Shown here one piece after another: positions 24,036-32,689 of a stretch of DNA of 32,689 bases. Source of the DNA: Diploschistes diacapsis (Eukaryota). The notes below the pieces were generated by a model. That model worked only from the letters and a program-made list of their open reading frames with translations, made no database searches and had not been told where the DNA came from. The stretch covers positions 1-32,689 of the forward strand of contig JALAIB010000099.1 of assembly GCA_023645945.1 (NCBI GenBank), written 5' to 3'. How positions within the stretch are numbered: the first letter of the stretch is position 1; the number at the start of each line of letters is the position of its first letter. The position numbers and the translations under genes are program-made.

Positions 24036-25158
24036 TGCTGTTGCCGAGCAGCTTGCTGGACCATGTGACGAAGGAGTGAGCAAGGTATCAATTGACCACT
24101 GCATTGAACAGTTGAGTGTTGCGGCAGCTGGTCGCTTGGGGCAGGCACCAGGCTGTTCTCATTGGAGGGTTTTGGGAGGAGCAGCTATAGAAGAAGGTAC
24201 GACGTAGTGCAGGCAAGAGTACCTATTTACAAACAGTTACGCGGCAAGAATCTAGACAAAACTAGACAGAACTAGATAGAATTAAGATGGCCTGTTCAAA
24301 AGCGAGCACAAGGAATGACTGAAGAAGCGAAAAAGGATGAGCCATGAAGAAGAATGCAGCTCGAAGCTGATCGCGTATAAGAATAAGGATACTGTATCTA
24401 CCGTACTGTACGTACTGTACTATACTGTACTTGGGGGGGGAGTCCGGCAATCAAAGCATCAAAGCATGGCCAATGGATTTGCCCGCAAGCGTCATTGGTG
24501 ACGGTGACGCGGGCTGTTTCGACGGAGTTGTTCCCGGTTGTTTCCCTCCCCTCCCACGCAATCCTAATCCTATCTATACATACTGAAGTATAAATCCTTC
24601 ACTAAATCCACTGAAGCCCGAGCCCAGCACCTGCCAAGCCCCGCGCCCATGCCCATGCCCCCCAATGCGTTAACTCCGGGTACTTATAAAAGCTTGGCAC
24701 TGGCCTGGCCTTGGTACAGCCTCGGCCGGTGTTGAGATGTTAGCTCGTCCCGCTTCCTTCCCGAGGGAATTAAAGGTAAATGACAAATGACAGGGCTTGA
24801 TGCACTGGAGAGTTTTGCGGGAGCTAACAGTTGAACTCCGACACTGCTGCTCCCCTAATAAAGTTCTTTGACTTTGGACTCAAAGTGAGTTTACTGGAGC
24901 ACTCCGTAAATAGCACACTGCAAATACTAACAGTTTCTAGGCATTTCTAGGCACAGGCCACCGTAGCTTTCTATTCAACTATCCTCCTAGTAACTCTATT
25001 ACTCTATGCGGCTGTTTCACTCGGTGGGGTGTTTCATTGCCTGGTGAAAGTACGTTACAGGCCTCTCTCAGAAAGGCTTAGAATTCTAGTGCGTAATCTT
25101 CAATGAGCATAATATTTAGGCGTACTTCTATCGCTAGACTCAACTGCGTTGTATAACC

Positions 25159-27153
25159 CTATACTATCCTGTAACGAAGCTCGCGTCGGATAGTCTCGGC
25201 AATCTCGAGGACTTCCTGGCGACCATTGCGCGAAAAGACGTTAAAGTAAGCGATCCATGCATTGTGCCCTGAAGCTGGGGATGGCACCGACTCTCCTCTT
25301 TTGAAGAAGCAGAAGCTCTTGGGAATTTGTCGCGCAAGATCTGGCCGCCGGTGCTTCAATTCGTCGCACACATCGTCGGCATCAAATATACCCCCCCTCT
25401 CGACAGGGATGAAGACCACTTCGCACCAGTATTGCGGCCCATTAAAGAATGGCTGTGATAATGCTCTGGCCCTGTCGAGGTCATTAAGAGGGAAAAGCAA
25501 GCCCAGGCCCACATAATCCACGCCATATGTCCCTTCTACGGCATCTGAGGCCTGAATGCCGGGCGGTCTTGGATTGATCTCAATCAGCCAAGACTCTATT
25601 GGAGCCTTGGAGGGTTCCGAGTCCAAACGATAGTCTAATTCTAGCACGCCATTACTTCTCATGTACTCCATATCGGAATTCTTTAACCGCGCTTCCAGAT
25701 GAAAAAAACCAGAGCTGAAACCTAGCCGAAGAAGACTTTTGTGCAAGCTATCGCGCAGCAAGTTCAGCTCCGACGACGGAAGCTGAGAAGGAAGGACATT
25801 GGCGAGCTCGATGAAACTGGGAGCGGAACCCTCTTGATTCCCGTCTCCGATCTTAGGGAAGTCATCTGACACTTCAGAGAACAAGAGCTTGCCATTGCAA
25901 AGTACCAAGTTAGCATCCACTTCTGGTCCGTTGCAATACTCTTCCACGACGAATGTCTCACCGTGACGGTCACGGTCAATGCTGTCGACTGCTTTTTCCA
26001 GAGCACAATCGTCGTCCACCTTATAAACACCTTCGGATGACCAACCTTGATAAGGCTTCACAACCAGCGGATACCTCATGTCTGCCTTATGGATAAAGCT
26101 TAATGCCTCACCGGCGGACGTTGCCTCGTAGGCATTGTGACCTTCAGCAATGCTCGTTCTATACTTATTCATAGCGACCTCAAAAGCCTCGACGCTGGCC
26201 GTAGGAAGCGACAGACATTCCGCCACTCTAGCAACAAAAGGCGCATATGACTCGAGATAGGTGACAATACCATCAATCCTCCTATTATACCGATTGAGGG
26301 CGTCGAGTATCCGAGCGGGTAGCTCTGGGTCACGGTTTGTATCAATTGGAAGAAATGCTGCACAAAGATCCGCATACTCGGGACGCTGTAGCCAGTGTCC
26401 TACTGAGTCGAGCACGATGATGTTGACTCCCAAGGCTTTTGCAGCTGAATAAATATTCGAACCTGTGCCGCCATGCTCTGGGCTGCGGAGTGCGCCACGC
26501 ACCATGGCCAAAGTCTGTGTCGGCTTTTTCTCACGAAGCAGCCACGGAAATGATAGACGATTGCGCAGCTCGACCTCCAAGGCGTCTAGTTCACAGGACA
26601 TGTCTACCAAACTCGATGGAGCATCAATAAGGATACCGGCAGCAACTGCGGTGAATAAGTCCTCGAGACATTTGTCAATCCCATTGCTTGAAAGATTGGC
26701 AGGGAACCATTGCTGCGGTTTGCTAAAGGAGATCACAGAAGATACGTTGCGGCAGTCGACCATGCGCAAAGGGATGATGTCGGATCTGATGATATGACCG
26801 GACGTCCTGGGGACGATGAGCTTCGCTGCCTTGACTTGACCAGTCGGGAGGTTGAGTGCGGTAGACAAAAGTTCAAGCAAGAAGTTAAAAGCCGCTGTGG
26901 GCTGGGACTCCACGGTCGTAGTCATACGCTGGCCTCGCATACGGACACTTTCGTATAGTATGTGGTCTGAAACTGCAACCTTGCTCTGGCTTGCGTCGAC
27001 ATTTGATCGATTCAGATGGCGAGCCATTATGTCAACAGACTGCCAGTTCCCCTGCGGATACTTCCAGGTCGAGCGATGATTGATCGACCAGCGGCATTCG
27101 AAGTCATCTATCTTGGAATTAGAACAATTCTCAAACATCAGGACGCTGCACAT
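25159..27153 (-). CDS. ATP-grasp amino-acid ligase, carnosine-synthase / L-amino-acid-ligase / FsqD-like, 664 aa
   Basis: Intact ORF with good start context (AAACCATG). ATP-grasp motifs YPLVVKPYQGWSSEGVYKV, FVVEEYCNGPEVDAN, GFFHLEARL, WLIEINPRPPG; preceding domain IYSAAKALGVNIIVLD..GHWL...IDGIVT. Confidence 0.9.
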   Translation of the reverse strand: MCSVLMFENCSNSKIDDFECRWSINHRSTWKYPQGNWQSVDIMARHLNRSNVDASQSKVAVSDHILYESVRMRGQRMTTTVESQPTAAFNFLLELLSTALNLPTGQVKAAKLIVPRTSGHIIRSDIIPLRMVDCRNVSSVISFSKPQQWFPANLSSNGIDKCLEDLFTAVAAGILIDAPSSLVDMSCELDALEVELRNRLSFPWLLREKKPTQTLAMVRGALRSPEHGGTGSNIYSAAKALGVNIIVLDSVGHWLQRPEYADLCAAFLPIDTNRDPELPARILDALNRYNRRIDGIVTYLESYAPFVARVAECLSLPTASVEAFEVAMNKYRTSIAEGHNAYEATSAGEALSFIHKADMRYPLVVKPYQGWSSEGVYKVDDDCALEKAVDSIDRDRHGETFVVEEYCNGPEVDANLVLCNGKLLFSEVSDDFPKIGDGNQEGSAPSFIELANVLPSQLPSSELNLLRDSLHKSLLRLGFSSGFFHLEARLKNSDMEYMRSNGVLELDYRLDSEPSKAPIESWLIEINPRPPGIQASDAVEGTYGVDYVGLGLLFPLNDLDRARALSQPFFNGPQYWCEVVFIPVERGGIFDADDVCDELKHRRPDLARQIPKSFCFFKRGESVPSPASGHNAWIAYFNVFSRNGRQEVLEIAETIRRELRYRIV

Positions 27154-28000
27154 GGTTTACTTGAACCAAGTTTGAGGAAGATTGTGTCCATTTCCGATGG
27201 CATGACAGGTACTTGTGAACCGTAACGGGTCTTACAACTGTCTATAGAAGCTGCTTCTGTCCTATCGCTGAGGTAGATTGGGAATACCAAACCAAGGCTA
27301 ACGGCAGGCTTAGGGTCTTATGATATAGGTCTTGCTGTTGACATGGCCGGAGAATTGCGTTCCTTGTTGACGACTGCACTTGGTCTGTACACTTCCTCGG
27401 GCCCTTCACCTACCCTATCCCTGTCCTGTGCTTAAATTCCAGTGGAATCTCGGGCAAGATATTCCATTACTTCGCCGGATCAACGCCTCGACAAATTTAG
27501 AAACGGGCGGTGTGAGATCTGAGAAGAGTAAAACGTCAATGTAGAAGTAAAAAGTGGATATCCCAAATGCCTCGGACTGATTCAAAGACATCGACTACCG
27601 AACGTAGTTAGTTCCACCAGCGGCACTCTAGCCGCAGGACAATACCACACTATAAACTATAAAAAAGCCTGAACCACCATTGCTCTACTACTACGTACTA
27701 CCTACCCGTTACGGCCTTTGGCTCGCTATAGTTCTTTTGGCATAGTAGACACGGCTGAGGCTTAAATCAAAACCAGGTTTGACGGAGCTGAGTCGGCACA
27801 TGCGTAACCGTGTGTTTGATTACGCCCGGAATGGAGGGTGCAAACTCTCACCTCATGGAAGGGGCTCGAGGGAAGCTGGACAGGGCAATTCTCTTTGTCG
27901 AAACGTGGACAAGTCTTCTCTTTACTTTCCAAGTGCATCCTCGAGCCTCTCTCCCTAGCAGACCCTCCTAGTCCTCCAAGACATCTGCTAGGCCGTCAAT

Positions 28001-31000
28001 ATGGAGCTTCAATCAGGGGCTATCAGGGTCGAGCGTGCACCCCAAGAGCAGGCGATCCTAAATCGCCATCTTCATGGCTGTTCCACAGGTCGGAAACAGC
28101 GAAGCATCTTCAGCTCCGCTTCAACCGCTGATTTAGCGATCATGACGGCCAGCATCGTTGCTTCAATCATCGCTGGCGCGTTAAACCCATTACTTACCGT
28201 ACAACCATCTCCGTCAGCTAGTATCCTCGCACCTCGGATGCTAATGTTGCGCAGGTCATATATGGTCAGTTGGTCGGTGTATTCCAAGGATTTACGAACC
28301 ATTCCATCTCTGGAACGGTTCTACTGGCGAGCATCGATCAGTTTACTCTATATTTTGTCTATCTTGCGTTGGGAGAGTTCGTGTTCGTGTACCTCGCGAC
28401 TATTGGATTCTATTATGTTGGAGAGCGGATCGTTCGACAACTGAGGCGTGCCTACCTTAAGTCGATCATACGCCAGAACATGACATTCTTCGATACTCTT
28501 GGTACAGGAGAAGTCACATCTCGAATAACCTCGAACATCGACTTAATCCATGAAGGCTTCACCAATAAGCTCTACACTAGCCTCACAGCTGCTGCAGCTT
28601 TTGTCACCGCCTTTGTCCTTGCGTTTGTTGAATACTGGAAACTGGCCCTTATTCTGAGCTCGGTCGTCGTGGCCATGGCCGCCGTTGGTACCGTAGGGGC
28701 CAAAGTTGCGATTAAGTATACGAAACAGTCTCAGGCCTCTTACAGCACTGGCTCTGCTGTTGCAGAGGATAGTATCAGATCGATCAGACAGGTTGCGGCC
28801 TTTGGCATACAGGACACGTTAGCCGAGAAATATATGAGCTACTCGCTGGTTGCAGAAGAGTACGGCATCAAGGCAGGAGCTACGATTGCTCTAATGATTG
28901 GGTTCATGCATGGCATCCCGTACCTCGCTTACGGGTTATCCTTTTGGCAAGGATCGCGATTCGTCGCTGCGAGCGATATGAGCGCCTCTGGTGTTGTGAC
29001 AACTACCCTGGCCATCGTAATCGGAGCTTTTGCAATCGGCAGGGTGACACCCAATGCTCAAGCTTTTATATCTAGCCTTCCTAGTGCAGCCGACATCCTC
29101 GCTGCAAACTCACGGCAGTCTGCTGAGGATCCTCTCTCACCGGATGGAGCGCGTCTGGAGAAATTTGATGGCGCCATTACCGTCCGGGGTGTGAAATTAG
29201 TTTATCCTTCTCGGGACGATGTAGTCGTATTCGAGGATCTCAACTTGGACTTTCCGGCCGGCAAGACTACCGCAATAGTAGGGGCCTCTGGCTGTGGGAA
29301 GAGTAGTGTTTTTGGCATGATCGAGCGTTTCTACGAGCCTGTGAGAGGCCGAATAGGTGGTTTTGTTTGCTTTCACTTCCCCGCAAACGTTATATTCTCG
29401 ATACTCAAAGCCTATCATAGAACTAGATGGTCACGACATCAGAAGCTTGAACCTACATTGGCTTCGGAACCAAGTTGGTTACATTAGCCAGGAGCCAGTG
29501 CTGTTCAATACAACGATTTTCGAGAATATTCGCTTCGGCATATCTGATAAGGTATGCGATGAGGAAGCCATCGAGTCTCTTGTTGAAGCAGCCGCCAAAA
29601 GCGCCAATGCCCATGACTTTATAGAGGCACTCCCAAATGGTTACAAAACCGAGGTAGGTGAAGGCGGGCTGCAGCTCTCTGGAGGCCAACGACAACGGAT
29701 TGCAATTGCACGAGCAATCATCGGTCGTCCAAAAATTCTACTACTGGATGAAGCAACTTCAGCGCTCGATGTAAAGTCAGAACACATTGTACAGCACGCC
29801 TTAGAGTCGGTATCCAAGGGCCGCACTACGATCGTGGTGGCGCATCGCTTGTCGACTATCAAACGAGCAGATAACATTGTTGTCATGTCCGGTGGCTCCG
29901 TGGTAGAACAAGGCGACCACGATGCCTTAATGATGAAGAATGGTACATACGCACGCATGGTTGGAAGGCAGGAAGGTGCAAATAGGAAAGATCGCATGTC
30001 CGATGTTTCAGACGAAGTGACTGTGAAATAAGAGTGTGCGAGCGAAAAGGAAAGCGAAAAGAACGAAAGCGATGCGACAACAGAATGTGAAAATAACGAG
30101 GCTATAGCTGAAGAACATCCATATGTCTCCAAACGTCCAAGCGTTTCTGTCCGGTGTCTCATGAAGCTCGCATACAAACTTGTCGGCACCGAGCACTGGA
30201 TCATCTATGCTGGCCTTTGTTCTTCCATCGTTGTCGGGCTTGGAACACCAGTGTATGTTACAGCTACGACCGCGCCTTCCGTTGCCTTTGACCCTTGATG
30301 CTAACAGTGACTAGCCAATCTGTATTTTTCGCTAAATTAATCGATGCCTTGTCACTTCCACTGGCGTCTATTACACAAGCTAGTAACCTCTGGTGTCTAA
30401 TGTATCTGATGCTCGGCATCGTAGCATCTACGGCGCGGTCGGTGCAAGGCTTATGCTTCTCTCTCGTCTCAGAGAAGCTAACCCTACGGGCTCGAGATTG
30501 CGCTATACGGTCCATACTACGTCAGGATATTGAATTCTTCGACCAGAAGGAGCATTCCACCGGAGCGCTAACAGGATTCCTATCAACGGGTGCAACACAC
30601 CTTCACAGCTTGAGCGGTGCAATATTAGGCTCGGTTCTTTCCTTCATTTCTACCATAGCAGGGGGAATGGTTTTGTCGCTTATCATTGGATGGAAACTTG
30701 CCCTCGTTTGTGCCGCCACAATTCCCTTGGTAACAGGATGCGGATGGGTACGCCTGAAAATTTTAGCCCTTTTCGACGACAAGATCAAAAAGACCCAGGA
30801 GGAGTCCGCCAGGTATGCAAGCGAAGCAGTAAGCTCCATCAGAACGGTCGCATCGCTAGGTCTCGAGGTGCATATCCTGGATAGCTACAACCACATCCTA
30901 TCTTTTCAATCAGCGAAGTCGTTGCGATCCATCCTACAGGCCTTGGCTTTGTATGCTGCATCACAATCTGTAGTGTTCTTTGCCGCGGCTTTGGGATTCT

Positions 31001-32022
31001 GGTATGGAGGCGGCTTGATTGCTAGTGGGGAATATGATATGCTCCAATTCTTCATATGCTTCGCTGCTTTGATATCCGGCTCTCAGTCGGCTGGAGCCAT
31101 CTTTTCATTCGCACCAGACTTGAGCAAGGCTATGAACGTAGGCCGTGACCTTACCGCGCTCCTAGATAGTCGACCAACAATCGATAGCCAGGGCGCGACG
31201 AAGCAAACTGTTGACGAGAAAAGTGGTGGCTCGCTCCAGATGAGCAACGTTTACTTCAAGTACCCTTCGAGGAGAGAGCATATCCTTTCAAACTTTAGCC
31301 TCTCGATCCGGCCTGGCCAAAATATCGCATTAGTGGGCCCTAGTGGCTGCGGGAAGAGCACAGTTATCTCTTTGATAGAAAGATTTTTCGATCCCAGTTC
31401 AGGCTCCATTCGATTCAATGGCCAAGACATTCGGGACTTCAACGTCAATGAGTATCGTGGTGTCATATCTCTAGTGAGCCAGGAGCCCAGCATATTCCAA
31501 GGAACGATAAGAGAGAACGTTGTACTAGGAACCACAGGTGATGTCTCCGATGACACAGTGTTCCGGGCATGCAATGAGGCGAACATCCTTGATTTATTAC
31601 TTCCCTTCCGTAAGTTGAATCTGCTCCGTATCAGAACCGAGTCACGCATTAACACCTGTCGCAGTGACGGCTTTTCGACGATAGTTGGCTCTCGCGGGAA
31701 CCTTTTGAGCGGGGGTCAAAAGCAACGTATCGCACTTGCTCGGGCATTTTTGCGTGATCCAAAAATCCTACTCCTTGACGAGGCAACGTCCGCCCTTGAC
31801 TCGGAGTCGGAGAAACTAGTCCAAAAAGCTTTAGACACTGCTATGCGAACTCGCACGACTGTTGCCATCGCACATCGGCTCAGCACAATCCAGAACGCAG
31901 ATCTCATATACGTACTTGACCGCGGTCGGATAGTCGAGTGTGGTAATCATCAGGAGCTCATGAAGCGGGGCCAGGCCTACTTCAAGCTGGTACAGATGCA
32001 GAATGCGGGTGTGAAGGATTAG
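28001..32022 (+). pseudogene. ABCB/MDR (P-glycoprotein-type) full-size ABC exporter with two coding lesions; introns 28199-28254, 29357-29420, 30253-30314, 31610-31664
   Basis: Spliced model gives TMD1-NBD1 ([27 protein letters not shown]), linker, TMD2-NBD2 ([27 protein letters not shown]). In-frame TAA at 30029-30031 with the same frame continuing into the TMD2 start (HWIIYAGLCSSIVVGLGTPV|QSVFFAK). One T is missing at ~31593-31595 (expected GAT TTT ATT ACT TCC CTT CC|T = DFITSLP). Confidence 0.8.
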
Positions 32023-32564
32023 AGAGTGCATTTCCCGAAGCGCAATTGCTCTTACTTTCTGCTCGAGCCTGATATTCACAGAGGGATACATTATGTGCCA
32101 TCGCCCCGCTGCTATGTTACTATTTTCCAGAGCTAGACGCAAGATTGTCAACAATGTATGCCCACAAAAACTGATCCAGCGTCCTCCGCGGCTGGGGAAG
32201 AAAGGATAGGAGCTTGGCATGCAAGTCAAGTGAAGAATTGTAGTTTGGGCGTTCATGTAATATGCATTGAAGGTGGTCTGCTAAGTCCAGTACGTCCTTG
32301 ACAGCGTTGGTGATATAGCCTTGCATTGTATTGTGCTCAAAGGCTACATCCGAATGTTGATAACGATCTGCTTGCTCGAGCATCATCATGCGCGATCACG
32401 GCATGGAAGACGGCCAATAATATTAACGTGTTTCACCAGGAAACGGGTCACACCACGAAGCGGGTCACAATCCCTGCACCTGCGTAAAATGTATTTCTTA
32501 AAGGCCGAAGAACGGGGTAGAGTCGTGATCCTAGTACCCGAGCAGACCCTAGTTACCGAGCACG

Positions 32565-32689
32565 TGATACAATAACAAAATTATAATAATAAATATTTAA
32601 AATGAAAGATCTTTTAAAATAATTAATTTAAAGCCTTATAAATTAAATAATAATTATAACTAACCCTATAAATTTATTTTATTATATTT
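32565..32689. mobile_element. Start of an AT-rich, RIP-like degenerate repeat block (runs off the window)
   Basis: Abrupt change from mixed composition to almost pure A/T with abundant TpA, beginning right at TGATAC (32565). No coding similarity recognisable in the ~125 nt visible. Confidence 0.55.

Noticed and set aside
24890..24953. Near-palindrome TTTACTGGAG-CA-CTCCGTAAA and tandem TTTCTAGGCA as an island boundary
   Set aside because: Too short to distinguish from chance, and I found no matching counterpart at the other end of the module.
17557..27153. KEP precursor and ATP-grasp enzyme as one RiPP (graspetide-like) system
   Set aside because: They are separated by ~7 kb and an unrelated LRR gene. 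The ligase resembles free-amino-acid ligases, and no DUF3328/UstY-type oxidase is present.
32120..32389. 89-aa minus-strand ORF downstream of the MDR gene as a third cluster gene
   Set aside because: No recognisable domain, an in-frame stop just upstream and no convincing splice model.
32661..32666. TAACCC telomeric hexamer
   Set aside because: Single copy inside AT-rich sequence; not a telomere array.

Overview
Eukaryotic DNA from a filamentous ascomycete (Pezizomycotina), judged from short 53-64 nt GT-AG introns, most with CTRAC/CTAAT-type branch points, and fungal-type proteins. The left ~24 kb holds a secreted GH128/Asl1-like protein (-) that appears to lack the canonical nucleophile Glu, the MAPKKK STE11 (+, 2 introns), the 60S-export GTPase LSG1 (+, 1 intron), a Ybt1-like ABCC transporter (+, 1 intron), and a PH/LRR protein (-). 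Between the last two is a small gene the ORF track misses because it is broken over three frames: a signal-peptide, Kex2/Ste13-type repeat precursor (KEP) with His/Pro/Lys-rich cores P[R/H]PHKPHGP. The right ~8 kb is accessory-like. An intact carnosine-synthase/FsqD-like ATP-grasp ligase (-) is divergently paired with an ABCB/MDR exporter (+). The exporter has an in-frame TAA in the inter-half linker and a 1-nt deletion masked by a retained 55-nt intron. The window ends in an abrupt switch to very AT-rich, RIP-like sequence. All calls are from reading the sequence; no database searches were run.
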